Shown: positions 20,999 to 31,359 of the stretch, piece by piece
How the letters are laid out: each line of letters starts with the position of its first letter
Numbering within the stretch: position 1 is the stretch's first letter
Origin: a virus
IMG/VR virus record: IMGVR_UViG_3300021964_000041
Coordinates: 1-64,000 of that record
DNA length: 64,000 bases
Reading direction: 5' to 3' (one strand)
Notes under the pieces: generated by a model
Told to the model about the DNA's origin: nothing
The model's input: only the letters and a program-made list of their open reading frames with translations
Databases searched by the model: none
Made by a program: the position numbers and the translations under genes

Positions 20999-23900
20999 TT
21001 AGTAACCGCTAGATCCACTACTAGTAGTAGTTCCACTATTTGCAGTGGACACTGAAACTGTACCACTAGCATCTACAGAAGTAACAACGTTACCATCTGC
21101 CTTCAAATTATTTGCTGTAATTTGATCAATTATTTCTACGTTGTCAACTGATGCTGTACTAATAAAGATTTCATCTGCACGACATTTAATTTGATACAAA
21201 CTACCAAATGCTTGTGAACCGCTTCTCGGTACAATAACAAAGTTTGCTACATCTGGTGCAGTTTGCTGTTGTACAAAAGTTGCTAGTTCTGTAAAATAAA
21301 ATGTTTCGCCAAAGTCCCAATTATCAATAGCAAAGAAATCATTTACTGCTTGAATAATATTACTTTTAATTTCATTGTCACTTATTGTGCTTCCTGCACT
21401 TTTAACAACTTTGAATGTTGCTTGTAGTGTTGGGTCTGCATTAACTCCAAACAATGATCTGTAGTTTACAGCATGATATATAATTTCATCACTAATTGAT
21501 TTCACGCCGTTTAGTGTTCCATTAAGTTCAAGTCTTAGCGAAGCACTTGTAGGCTTAGTCGGTTCTGTACCGCCACTGTTTACAAAAATTCTATAATCTT
21601 CATCATATGCTCTTGTTAAAACATACATATCAATAATATTTGTTTTACCAGGATCAAGTCTTCTATCATTTTGTGCATTATGATTGTATTGGAATTTTAA
21701 TTCATCTCTGCCTGGTCTTGCAAAATAAGAAGTGTCTAAAGTAAGTGTACCACTTACACTATCAAATACTTTAACAACATCTTCTCTGCTATCATAGAAA
21801 TAAAATAACTGTCCTGTTTCGTAACCAACTAATGAACTTACATTTGCTTCTTTATCAAAAATTACAAACTTAGAACTATCAACTTTTGTTGTGGTTGTTA
21901 TACCGTTATCAATTGTGCTTTGGAAGAAAACAAATTTGTCTCTATAACCTCTACCGTCAACATTTGTTGGTTGAACAATTTTTACAAAACTATCCGGATC
22001 ATCAATCATGCCGTCATCGTCTGAATCATAAAAATTAACTCTTACTTTGTTTACTTCTTCAAATCCGTCATTGTTTAATACACTACCAATAATTTCCCAC
22101 TGATAATCTTTTTCTAAAATCTTATCTTCAACAGGATCTTCGTTTATTTTTAAAACCTTAACTTGATCTTTAATTACATTTCCAGTTTCGCTGTCGTATT
22201 TTTTAATACCTCTGTCAACGAAGAACTGAATTAACTGTTCGCTTTCGAATCTATAATCTAATCCTCTATAAGTGATTGTATATGTTTCACCGTCTGTTTC
22301 AAATAACACAAACCAACTCTTATCTAGTTTAGAACCTGTTGTATCACCTTGGCGTTCTAAACTAAAATCGTCTTTTGTGTTTAGGTTTGCGTTTACAACA
22401 ATTTTCCACTCTTTAGCATTTTGATCATAACGAATACCAAATGTCTTGTAGTTAAAAATTAAATCAACTAATTGTAATTCTAAATCACTTGGGAAGTTTG
22501 TTACAATATTAGGAACAATTAAACTTGGAACAGCAAGTGACGGAATGTTTTCGCTGAACACAATAGGACCAGTACCGTCATCTAAATTGCCTTGGCCGCC
22601 ATTTGAACCGTCACCACTTACTTGAACAACTTTTGCCCATATATAATTTAGACTGTTTTTAGTTTTTGTCGAAACTATTGTTCCGTCTGCTAAGAAGTAT
22701 TTTCCTTCTGGTGGCTCAAATTTTACTAAACTGTCAGGTCCAATAAACTTAAAATTATTTGTTGTAAATGTGCCTACTGTAATAGGTGAACCATTAATTG
22801 TATTTCTAAAGTATCCTGTACTATTTGTACTTGACTCAGTTGATCTTACCCAATCAATATTAATATCACTTGTTATAATTCTTGGAAACTTGTCATAATA
22901 AAATGCTTTGGTTGGCAAACTGTCAATAATAGGTTCAATAGTATTTCTAATTACACCCAAAATATCATTACGTGTTTGGAATGAAAAGTTAAAATCACTT
23001 TCATAAGGATTTTTATAAAGTATGCCATCATCTGCCATTAAATTAACAGAACTGTATTTTCCTGTAGGATCTTGAATTTCAAACTGTCTTGAAATTCCTG
23101 AACTAACTCTGTTTACTGATTTAATTTTAATTACATTATTACTTGCTGTTAAAGGATAAGAATTATAATCTTCTCCAGTAATCATTCTGTTTTGTGTATA
23201 AAAACTTTGTGGTGCATTTACTCTAATATCTGCTGTTGGCTCACTTGCACTTGCATTTGTTAAACTTGCTTCTAGTCCAAGTTGAACTGTAAGTGTATGT
23301 CCTTGACCATTCTTATTAAAGTAAGGAATAGTTAAAATGATATTTTGCATATCATTAGGTCTAATTGTATATGTTAATCCGTTTGACGTTCTGTAGTAAA
23401 CTCTAAAACTACCTAGCGGTAAGTCTCCAAAACTTCCGTCTGCAAAATTTAAACTAATCTGATCTTGGTCTCTAGTTGTGACATTGTACAATGTTCTAAT
23501 ATTTTTATTAACACTATTAAAAATTACATTGCTACCATATATGCTGTTTAACTTTGTCCATTCTGTAGTTGGAGCACCATTTCTATCAAGTTGCCATAAC
23601 CACACGTCAGTATTGTTAATGTTTGGAATATCAATATTAACAATTTCGTTTGGACTAGGATCAGTTACCGTAAACGGTGAACTTTGTAGTTCTCCTTGCC
23701 TAAAGTGGAAAAAGAATCCTGTATTAGGTGAACTGTTTCCTCTTTTATCATTTCTGTATAACATTCCAAGACGTCTTCCAGGAAAGGGTGATTCCTCCTG
23801 AATGGCACCATCTTCAATTCCGGCGCTAGTAACTTCAAATGTCATAGATCTACCAGTAACTGTTTTACTAAAAGTGTACAACGGTACATCAGTATTTTGT

Positions 23901-24472
23901 GTATTAACTTTATATTGTTCTGTTGTAATACCATCAATAACATCACTTTGATCTGGTTTACCAATTACAGTACTACCTTGCAAACTATTATTAATAATCA
24001 CTTGGAACTGTTCTAACCAGTTGCTGTTAGTATCATCATTCCAGTTAATAAATGTGTTTTCTAAACTATTACCTAAACTGTCTTGAACGTTGTCTGTTGT
24101 TTGTACACCGATTACTTTCAAAAGTCCATTACTTGGTACGTTACGAGTAGGATTATATCCTACAAGTCTTGCAAGACGTAAAACACTATCACGTCTTTCT
24201 GCTAATTCAATAAAATTTTCTCTGGCGTTTAAATCAAATCTGTAAGATAAACTTTGTCCTAAAAAGGCAATCATATCAATTAGTGCAAGGTATTCACTAG
24301 ATTCGATATAATCATTAAAATCTTCAGGATAATTCGCTCTTAGATAAGCGATCATAGTCCTACGTAGTGTAGGAAAATCATAAGAACTAAAATCAGCATT
24401 AGAAAAAGCCTTGTAAACCTTATCCCAATCTTGATTTGCTAACAACGAATTTTGTCTATCTGTACTTGCCAT
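20999..24472 (-). CDS. gp6: Baseplate wedge subunit, T4 gp6-like
   Basis: 1157 aa. DF..YDF.TLR..MI.YL...FNDY.ESS...LID..A...ENF...A.RRDSV..LA..VGY.P N-terminus; APQSFYTQNRMITGEDY. Confidence 0.85.
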   Translation of the reverse strand: MASTDRQNSLLANQDWDKVYKAFSNADFSSYDFPTLRRTMIAYLRANYPEDFNDYIESSEYLALIDMIAFLGQSLSYRFDLNARENFIELAERRDSVLRLARLVGYNPTRNVPSNGLLKVIGVQTTDNVQDSLGNSLENTFINWNDDTNSNWLEQFQVIINNSLQGSTVIGKPDQSDVIDGITTEQYKVNTQNTDVPLYTFSKTVTGRSMTFEVTSAGIEDGAIQEESPFPGRRLGMLYRNDKRGNSSPNTGFFFHFRQGELQSSPFTVTDPSPNEIVNIDIPNINNTDVWLWQLDRNGAPTTEWTKLNSIYGSNVIFNSVNKNIRTLYNVTTRDQDQISLNFADGSFGDLPLGSFRVYYRTSNGLTYTIRPNDMQNIILTIPYFNKNGQGHTLTVQLGLEASLTNASASEPTADIRVNAPQSFYTQNRMITGEDYNSYPLTASNNVIKIKSVNRVSSGISRQFEIQDPTGKYSSVNLMADDGILYKNPYESDFNFSFQTRNDILGVIRNTIEPIIDSLPTKAFYYDKFPRIITSDINIDWVRSTESSTNSTGYFRNTINGSPITVGTFTTNNFKFIGPDSLVKFEPPEGKYFLADGTIVSTKTKNSLNYIWAKVVQVSGDGSNGGQGNLDDGTGPIVFSENIPSLAVPSLIVPNIVTNFPSDLELQLVDLIFNYKTFGIRYDQNAKEWKIVVNANLNTKDDFSLERQGDTTGSKLDKSWFVLFETDGETYTITYRGLDYRFESEQLIQFFVDRGIKKYDSETGNVIKDQVKVLKINEDPVEDKILEKDYQWEIIGSVLNNDGFEEVNKVRVNFYDSDDDGMIDDPDSFVKIVQPTNVDGRGYRDKFVFFQSTIDNGITTTTKVDSSKFVIFDKEANVSSLVGYETGQLFYFYDSREDVVKVFDSVSGTLTLDTSYFARPGRDELKFQYNHNAQNDRRLDPGKTNIIDMYVLTRAYDEDYRIFVNSGGTEPTKPTSASLRLELNGTLNGVKSISDEIIYHAVNYRSLFGVNADPTLQATFKVVKSAGSTISDNEIKSNIIQAVNDFFAIDNWDFGETFYFTELATFVQQQTAPDVANFVIVPRSGSQAFGSLYQIKCRADEIFISTASVDNVEIIDQITANNLKADGNVVTSVDASGTVSVSTANSGTTTSSGSSGY

Positions 24473-24477
24473 AACAA

Positions 24478-24508
24478 TATTTATTACCCTTTTAATGTGC
24501 GTAGTTTA
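24478..24508 (-). promoter_or_regulatory. Late promoter: TAAACTACGCA-N14-TAAATA-N5-ATG
   Basis: TAAATA at 24483-24478, 5 nt before the gp6 ATG. The upstream 11-mer is repeated with identical spacing at 31302-31332. Confidence 0.7.
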
Positions 24509-24510
24509 TT

Positions 24511-24945
24511 TTATGCCAAAGCATTTGCTTTATCAAAAGTAAATTGCAATGCTTCTGAAACATCATACTGTTCATAGTACAAAACTGCTTGAATTTGCAA
24601 TCCGTACTCTTTTTCTACCAATGCTAAACTGTCAATACTAACCCTTGGATCACTATCAACTATTTCTCTAACATCTTGTAAAATTCTTTCTTTTAGGACA
24701 TCAGTAAACGGTTCAAACAGTGCGTCCCATATAATTGTACCAAATTGAGGTCTATAAATCTTTTCACCCTTACGTATGTTGAAATGATTAATCAAGTCCT
24801 GCTTAATTAATTCAATATCATATGACTGAAACGTGGGTGTTTCAGCGTTGACTGTACTAACTCCTCTATAAACATTCGATCGGCTATTTTGATTGCCTTT
24901 GTTGTTAGAATTAGGTTTAATTACAATGTCGGTATACTTTGCCAT
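24511..24945 (-). CDS. gp25: Baseplate wedge subunit / sheath initiator, gp25-like
   Basis: 144 aa. DIELIKQDLINHFNIRKGEKIYRPQFGTIIWDALFEP...DPRV is the GPW/gp25 signature. Confidence 0.9.
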   Translation of the reverse strand: MAKYTDIVIKPNSNNKGNQNSRSNVYRGVSTVNAETPTFQSYDIELIKQDLINHFNIRKGEKIYRPQFGTIIWDALFEPFTDVLKERILQDVREIVDSDPRVSIDSLALVEKEYGLQIQAVLYYEQYDVSEALQFTFDKANALA

Positions 24946-24950
24946 ACTGC

Positions 24951-24956
24951 TATTTA
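24951..24956 (-). promoter_or_regulatory. Late promoter core TAAATA (leaderless, N5-ATG)
   Basis: Minus strand TAAATA-gcagt-ATG; no SD. Confidence 0.65.
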
Positions 24957-26813
24957 AGCCTCTCTATCCGTCACCGACTTCTTGGATGAATTCGGATTTT
25001 GATTTTCATGTTGATCCCATGGTTCGTGAGTTGGAACACGTTTTAATATAGTTTCAAATGTGTCTGATCTATAGTAATTGTAGCCTTCCCATTTTGCTGT
25101 GATCTCTTTTTCCCACAACTGTATAACACCCATATGATCAATAAATCTGCTAGGTTGTGGAGCAGAATTATATGCACTAATATTAGGTTTAGCACCTGGT
25201 CCTGGTAAGTTCAAATGTACTGCTTCAGTACCATCTACATACACAACTTTATCTGTTTCAACATTAATGTTAGCACCGCTAGTATCAATTGAAATATCAT
25301 TTTGTGTAGTACTAATATTAATTTGTCCATTGCTGGCGCCTGCTTTATGTTCAGGTCCTGCAAATTCTGTCCAATACTCAGTATTGTTAGGATCAATGGC
25401 TTCTAGTGAATTGGGATCTTGTGTTCTTTTTAGTGCTTGATAAAATTTTAATTCATCATCTTCGTTTATAAAAGTAGTTGTATATCCTTTGCTATAAACA
25501 TCAGTTGCTACAAATGTTTCTGTAATTGCTGTGCTAGAATTTGCTTTGATGTTTACACTAGTTCCTGCTGTTTGTCTAATACCTAATGTAGTCGCTAAAT
25601 CAAAGTTACCGCTTTGTATTTTTGTATCAATTCTGTTTGCAATACTTAAATTATTTGTGTTAACTTGATAATCATTTGTATCTAAACGACTGTTAAGAGT
25701 TTTGATATCACTATTACCTTTAACCATCATTCTATGAGAACCATTTACTATTTCTCGTAAATGATTGCTTTCGATTTGTATACTATTATTAGATTTAATA
25801 TTGATATTTCTTTTTGCTTCTAAATTAAAATCTCTATCTGCAAAAAAATTAAAATCTCCTCTAGTACGCATACTAATACTGTCCTCACAGAACACATCCA
25901 TTTTACCGTCACCGGTTAATTCAATCCATGCAGTTCCTTTTGAGTTTGCAATGTAAATTAAATCTTCAGTGTCATGCAAAAGTATTTGATGTCCGGCTTT
26001 AGTTCTTAGTCTAACAAGGTTATTATTGCCGTCACCGTCACCGTCGTCCATAACAAACACATGACCACCGGACTGCGTAACTTTTAGTTTTGCTTTTTCT
26101 GCGCCAACTAGTTTTGTAACACCTTCATAACGACCTGGAGTGTTAATACCAAATATTTGATTTACACTGTCACGTCTATGACTGCTTGTTGTTAAACCTC
26201 TAGTACTATCTGCAAGTAATCCTTGTTCTTTTAATCTATTTGCAAAAGGATGAACAGGGTGTTTAATTTTATCTTCTGTTGTTTGTCCGATGAATGCCGC
26301 TTTGTTAAAATTACCTACCGGTAAACCATCTTCAGCAGGACTTAGTGCATTGTAAGTGTCATCGTCGACAGCAATATCAGTTTTTGCCGCATAATCAGGA
26401 ATACTATGATTCATTTCAGGTTCAATCAAAGCACCTAACCAAATTGCTTCTTCAATATTCTTATTGACTAGTAATACTAAACCTTTAGTACCTATCTGAG
26501 GTGCTGGAAAAATCATTCCCGAACTTTGTTGTGTGTGTTCAAAATTTTGTGGATCTTTTCCTGCATTTTTAAAATCCTTAACACTATAATAAGGCAACAT
26601 GACTCGACAATTAATTCTAGTGCTTACTACATCTCTACTGTCGTCTTGATTACCTAAAATTGTAACTGCTAATTGTCCGTGTTTAGTGTAATCACTATTT
26701 GATTCAACAACAGCAATATAAGGACCAATGCCTCCTGATGCTTGAGATAGTTTTTCGGCACGGGTTTCATTCATCTGCCCCCTGTTTTTCATTTGTCTAT
26801 TATAAATTGCCAT
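24954..26813 (-). CDS. gp5: Central baseplate spike, gp5/VgrG-like (OB-fold plus beta-helix, no lysozyme domain evident)
   Basis: 619 aa. GMIFPAPQIGTKGLVL OB-fold end; GGHVFVMDDG...RLRTKAGHQILLHDTE...WIELTGDGKMDVF beta-helix; ends RVPTHEPW. Confidence 0.75.
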   Translation of the reverse strand: MAIYNRQMKNRGQMNETRAEKLSQASGGIGPYIAVVESNSDYTKHGQLAVTILGNQDDSRDVVSTRINCRVMLPYYSVKDFKNAGKDPQNFEHTQQSSGMIFPAPQIGTKGLVLLVNKNIEEAIWLGALIEPEMNHSIPDYAAKTDIAVDDDTYNALSPAEDGLPVGNFNKAAFIGQTTEDKIKHPVHPFANRLKEQGLLADSTRGLTTSSHRRDSVNQIFGINTPGRYEGVTKLVGAEKAKLKVTQSGGHVFVMDDGDGDGNNNLVRLRTKAGHQILLHDTEDLIYIANSKGTAWIELTGDGKMDVFCEDSISMRTRGDFNFFADRDFNLEAKRNINIKSNNSIQIESNHLREIVNGSHRMMVKGNSDIKTLNSRLDTNDYQVNTNNLSIANRIDTKIQSGNFDLATTLGIRQTAGTSVNIKANSSTAITETFVATDVYSKGYTTTFINEDDELKFYQALKRTQDPNSLEAIDPNNTEYWTEFAGPEHKAGASNGQINISTTQNDISIDTSGANINVETDKVVYVDGTEAVHLNLPGPGAKPNISAYNSAPQPSRFIDHMGVIQLWEKEITAKWEGYNYYRSDTFETILKRVPTHEPWDQHENQNPNSSKKSVTDREA

Positions 26814-26814
26814 T

Positions 26815-29800
26815 TTACGTTCCTATATCCTGTCTGCCTATTCCAGACCCACCAGTAGTCACAACTTCAGTTCCTGCAACCACTTTGCTAGAAACTGCGT
26901 TTCCTGTTTCAACCGCTTTTTGTACAGTATCTGGTGTAAACTGACTTGCATCAAATGTTCCTGCGGCAAGTTGTTTGCTAACTTGTGTTGCTTGAGATAC
27001 TGATGCAAAAACACTTCCGCCAAATGCACCTGGATTTAATCCAAGCAATTCTGATGGTATTTCTACTTGTGCTTGTTGGGTAATGCCGCCTAGTGCACCA
27101 GGACCGTGATAATTTAAATTGTCAAGATCGTCTTGAGTTAATTTTTTCTTAGGTGCTTTTTTCATTTTTTCTAAGTTCTCTGGACTTGATGGTGCATGTT
27201 TAGGATCCTGTGCAGGAGCATTACGTATAATTTTTTGTTCACGCTGTTCTCTATAATCATTTGGTTGATTAGGTCTTCTGTAGGTATAAAGATTTTGTGT
27301 AAACACACCTTGATTAAATGAACTTTCAACCTGTGTAACCTTATATGCACCACTGTAAATGCTTTCGTCTAATAGCATGGCACTCTGGCCACCTTGCAAT
27401 TCGTCCCAAGTTGGATAATCTTCTGCCGTTCCAAATCTGAAAATTATGTCACCTTCTCTACTAAAACAGTTTATTTCTCCAATATTAGTTTCTACTTCGT
27501 CTGCTTCAATTAACGCACGATTAGTAATACCACTGCTTAGGAGATAAACTGGATCGCCTACAATCTGAATTTCTGCTTGTACTAATGATTTTTCTTGTAC
27601 TCCGCTATAAAGTGCATCATGTAACATTTTGGCCGTATCACTAGCATTCGTTGCTCTTGGCGAAGTTTGCGTTGTGCTCGATGATTGATCTACCTGTTGT
27701 GTACGCTTTGCTCCTACCATGTTCTGTACTGAGTGTGCATAAATTTCTTTGATAGATGGCGGCTTTGTGTTTGTTGTTTCTTTAGATGCTGTTCCTTGCG
27801 ATCCTTCAGCAGTTTGTTGTTTTTTATAGGTAGCAGTTGCTACAAATAAATTATTAAACTCTAAATCAAATTTTAATACATCTAAATTTTTACCAGTGTA
27901 AATGTAATTGTATTCTCTTACCGCTAATTGTTTTAAAACATCATACAAATAAACATCAGACGGCAAAGGCATACTGCTATAATGAACTTTAAAAGGTTGG
28001 ATTATATAATGAAAATCATATACTTCAGTATTCCTATATGTATCAAACCCTCTAAGATGTGCAATTTTTTCAATTCTGTACCAAGGAATATAACCAGTTG
28101 CTTCGTATTCTGCCGCAAGTTTATCGCCATCTAAATCTGTAGCGTACACACTGTCAAATATTACTTTGTGAATGTTATCATCTAACCGTGTATCCTTTTT
28201 GAATTGCCAACTTTCTGCACCTTTACCATAACGTACATATTTCTTTTCGTATATCTCGCCTTTTTTATTTGCAAGACCTTCTAGCACTTTTACTGCATCT
28301 TCATATTTTTTCTTGGCTTTGTTAGCAAGATCAATTTGTGTCATCCACTCTTGTCTTAGTTTGTTTAAATCAGCAACTTTAGTTTCGTCAACGTTAGGTT
28401 TAACTTTTGTATTGCCTGACTTATCCTCGTCATTAGGATCTAGTTCATTAAAATCATTGTATGTTAAAGTTTGTTTAATTTCCGGAGCACCTTTGTCTTC
28501 ATCTTCTTCTTCTGGAAATAGGCTTTTTAAATCTTGTCTACTAAATTTAAAATATGCTTGTGCTTTTACTTCGAAATCTTTTCTTGCACCAGTGGCTTTT
28601 GCTTTTGCAGTTTGCATTTCATCTCTAAAGTCATTAACAATTTTTTGTTGATCTTTGATTACTCCGTCTGCTTTTTCTACTTCTTGATCTAAAGTATTAA
28701 CAGCATAAAACCCTGTGTAAGATTGTTTTTCGCCTGATTGCATTCCTGACTTACCTATATGATTGCTAACAATCAAACTGTCATTAGCGCCAGCATAGTC
28801 TTTTGTGTTTAGGCCTTGGTCACGTTTATCGTTTGTTAGAAATGCTTGTGTATTTTGTTCCCACGACGTATAAGCGCCGCCTTCTAGTCCAGAAAGAACT
28901 GCTTCAAAAATAGTTATATTACTGCCTTCTTTAGATACGTTTGTCATAGGAGTGCCGCCGTTGATTGTGAAATCGTTTTTTGCATCGGCTGTCCTTGCTG
29001 TTCCATAATTTTTTGGAAACCAAAGCATGTATCTGTTACGCTGATATGGTTTTACTGCATCAGCACCTTTAATATCAGTTACTTTTTTTATTCTATCTTT
29101 ACTTGCTTTTGTGTTTTCTTCTATCTTCTTTTCTTTGTCTTTAGAATCTTCTTCATCTTTTCTAATATCTTCAAGCGTGTTGTTCATTTCCTTAAACAAA
29201 TGTAAAAGCACACTTGCTACTGTTGGCTTTACTTGTTTTGGTCCTGCTAGGTTTGCTGGTAACTTTGACATTACAGTTTGATTTGATATAGCATTAAGAC
29301 CAAAGAATGATACATTATAACTCGACCCTGCTTCGGTTACACTCATAGTACTGTTTTGCAAGGCTATAGGAAAATATCGAGTAGCACGAGGAACTATTTC
29401 TGTTACTAACTGGTCACCATCAAATCTGTGTCCAACAAACTGAAGTGTTAACAAAAACGGTGCTCCTAGATAATGTTGATGTCCAGCAAATACAGATGCA
29501 TTATATAATTCTTCATAAAATCCACCAACACCGTAAGGTTCAGTAACTTCAAAACTGCCTGTTGTTAAATTACTGTTACCGTTTGCACCGAGATCCATTG
29601 TGCAATTAAAATTTACATTATCTATAAAAAGATCTTTGTCTTTATGTTTTCCTTTTTTAAATCCACTATATCCAGTTAAGCCGCCTTTTTTACTCCCAAA
29701 AGTTTCTTCAATGTCTTGTGAGGTAACACCTTCGTCAAACTCTCCAAATTCGTTAAAATATTCTTTTGTAAATTGTTCACTGCTTACTGCTCCACTCCTT

Positions 29801-30183
29801 TTATATCCTCCCGATCTTAAAACAATATAGTTGTCGCGAGTTTCTAGGCCGGCATTAGTTCCGTCGTTAAAACCGCCGCCACCTACTTCATAATATCGTT
29901 GTGGATTTTTTAATTGATCAGTTGTTAAACTTGCTAGTGTAAAAATATAATTGTATGAGTTGTAGTTGTGTAAAATGTTACCGTTTTTAAACTTTCCATT
30001 ACCGGCATCGCCATAAAACTGTTTTGCGTTTATTTCAAGTGTAACATCGTTGATTCCTTTTAAATCTTCATAGGTAAGTGTATCTTCATACGCTTCGTAC
30101 TCGTCAGTTGGCTTAGAAACTGCTTCTTTATTTTCTTTAACTGTTGAATTTGTTTGAGTTCTACCTCGTTCGCCTGGAAACAT
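26815..30183 (-). CDS. Baseplate hub protein (gp27-like position and C-terminus) with coiled-coil insertion
   Basis: 1122 aa. AEIQIVGDP...YSGAYKVTQVESSFNQGVFTQNL is a hub-type C-terminal motif; lies between gp53-like and gp5-like genes. Confidence 0.65.
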   Translation of the reverse strand: MFPGERGRTQTNSTVKENKEAVSKPTDEYEAYEDTLTYEDLKGINDVTLEINAKQFYGDAGNGKFKNGNILHNYNSYNYIFTLASLTTDQLKNPQRYYEVGGGGFNDGTNAGLETRDNYIVLRSGGYKRSGAVSSEQFTKEYFNEFGEFDEGVTSQDIEETFGSKKGGLTGYSGFKKGKHKDKDLFIDNVNFNCTMDLGANGNSNLTTGSFEVTEPYGVGGFYEELYNASVFAGHQHYLGAPFLLTLQFVGHRFDGDQLVTEIVPRATRYFPIALQNSTMSVTEAGSSYNVSFFGLNAISNQTVMSKLPANLAGPKQVKPTVASVLLHLFKEMNNTLEDIRKDEEDSKDKEKKIEENTKASKDRIKKVTDIKGADAVKPYQRNRYMLWFPKNYGTARTADAKNDFTINGGTPMTNVSKEGSNITIFEAVLSGLEGGAYTSWEQNTQAFLTNDKRDQGLNTKDYAGANDSLIVSNHIGKSGMQSGEKQSYTGFYAVNTLDQEVEKADGVIKDQQKIVNDFRDEMQTAKAKATGARKDFEVKAQAYFKFSRQDLKSLFPEEEDEDKGAPEIKQTLTYNDFNELDPNDEDKSGNTKVKPNVDETKVADLNKLRQEWMTQIDLANKAKKKYEDAVKVLEGLANKKGEIYEKKYVRYGKGAESWQFKKDTRLDDNIHKVIFDSVYATDLDGDKLAAEYEATGYIPWYRIEKIAHLRGFDTYRNTEVYDFHYIIQPFKVHYSSMPLPSDVYLYDVLKQLAVREYNYIYTGKNLDVLKFDLEFNNLFVATATYKKQQTAEGSQGTASKETTNTKPPSIKEIYAHSVQNMVGAKRTQQVDQSSSTTQTSPRATNASDTAKMLHDALYSGVQEKSLVQAEIQIVGDPVYLLSSGITNRALIEADEVETNIGEINCFSREGDIIFRFGTAEDYPTWDELQGGQSAMLLDESIYSGAYKVTQVESSFNQGVFTQNLYTYRRPNQPNDYREQREQKIIRNAPAQDPKHAPSSPENLEKMKKAPKKKLTQDDLDNLNYHGPGALGGITQQAQVEIPSELLGLNPGAFGGSVFASVSQATQVSKQLAAGTFDASQFTPDTVQKAVETGNAVSSKVVAGTEVVTTGGSGIGRQDIGT

Positions 30184-30184
30184 G

Positions 30185-30478
30185 TTAAACTCCTAGTACA
30201 CGTTTGATAACATCGATAGTTGGAATCTTAATTTCGACGCCTGCTACAAAATCAAAAATTGGATCTTCAAGTTCGTTGGGATTTCTTGATTTGAACACCC
30301 ACCATAGATTAGGATCATCGTACAAGTCACTTGCAAGTAGATCAGGACGATAATTGTATTGTGGTTTGATAACATAAGGAACATCACTAGCAACGTTGGG
30401 AATTTTTCTATAATTCAAAATTCCTAATCCGGTTTGATTAAATCCTGTTGTTCCGTACAAACTTGTTTTTTCGTACAT
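30185..30478 (-). CDS. gp53: Baseplate wedge protein, gp53/LysM-like
   Basis: 97 aa. YRPDLLASDLYDDPNLWWVF..RN...DPIFDF..G..IKIP. Confidence 0.8.
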   Translation of the reverse strand: MYEKTSLYGTTGFNQTGLGILNYRKIPNVASDVPYVIKPQYNYRPDLLASDLYDDPNLWWVFKSRNPNELEDPIFDFVAGVEIKIPTIDVIKRVLGV

Positions 30479-31278
30479 TAGATCATTCCTTTAAATCGCA
30501 TATTACCTTGTGCATAATCTTGCATAGAAAACGTTGCTTGGTCTCTTCTTGAGAACGCTGGCATACATTCAACTGTAAATTCTGCTCTTGTTGGAACAGT
30601 AGTTTTTGCACCCTCTGTTGTGGCTACATCAATATAGTCTACATCTTCGTTTAATGTATAGAAAAAATTGCCTATAACAACCGGCATATCATTAAACATA
30701 TATTCACCATAACCCGAAAGTCTTACAACAGGCGGCGGTGCACCAACATTTGCTCCACTACCAAAGTGCATTTTTGTTATAGTTCTTAGTGCATGAACAC
30801 TACCAAGAAGCATACGTGCTTCGCCTGTATTTTGTGCAGTAAACGTTCCTACAATAGATAGTGCATCCAATTGTGAGTTCTGGTATGCTTGAAACTGATA
30901 ATTACTGTGTGTAGGATGTACCGGTGTATAATTGGCTCTTGTGGTTACAACTATTTGCGGTGTGAAAGGAAATACTACTCCGCCTAGTTTTTGTAATTCA
31001 GCCGCAGGACCTTGTAGATACTCCTGGTGAATTTTAATTTTGACTCTGTTATCAATAGTTGCTAAATGTGTTCCAGGTATGGGTTGGTATGGTTTTGCGC
31101 CACCCTTGGCTAGATCAAACCCTAAACGTTTTGTTGCTTCGTCACCAATGATCGACTGTAACCCTCGTACTGCGCCGGGGTTTTGTCCGATACCTGTTGC
31201 TTGTGCGGCGCTCTTACCGAACTTACCGGCGAAACTACCTACTTTGTCTATAAAACTGTTTGGATTATTTCCTGCCAT
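30478..31278 (-). CDS. Tail-tube initiator / baseplate-tube junction protein (gp48/gp54-like)
   Basis: 266 aa. GVVFPFTPQI...HPTHSNY...GAPPPVVRLSGYGEYMFNDMPVVI is typical of contractile-system tube-like proteins. Confidence 0.65.
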   Translation of the reverse strand: MAGNNPNSFIDKVGSFAGKFGKSAAQATGIGQNPGAVRGLQSIIGDEATKRLGFDLAKGGAKPYQPIPGTHLATIDNRVKIKIHQEYLQGPAAELQKLGGVVFPFTPQIVVTTRANYTPVHPTHSNYQFQAYQNSQLDALSIVGTFTAQNTGEARMLLGSVHALRTITKMHFGSGANVGAPPPVVRLSGYGEYMFNDMPVVIGNFFYTLNEDVDYIDVATTEGAKTTVPTRAEFTVECMPAFSRRDQATFSMQDYAQGNMRFKGMI

Positions 31279-31301
31279 ATTTTGGTTCCTTTTTATAACA
31301 A

Positions 31302-31332
31302 TATTTATTGCTTTTTTTAACTGCGTAGTTTA
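31302..31332 (-). promoter_or_regulatory. Late promoter TAAACTACGCA-N14-TAAATA for the baseplate operon
   Basis: TAAATA 31307-31302; 11-mer 31332-31322; SD-like AAGGAA before ATG 31278. Confidence 0.7.
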
Positions 31333-31336
31333 TAAT
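31308..31336 (+). promoter_or_regulatory. Sigma70-type promoter for gp55 (TTGCTT-N17-TATAAT)
   Basis: TTGCTT 31308-13, TATAAT 31331-36, GGAG SD before ATG 31360. Confidence 0.65.
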
Positions 31337-31359
31337 ACTTATATTAATCGGAGAATCTA

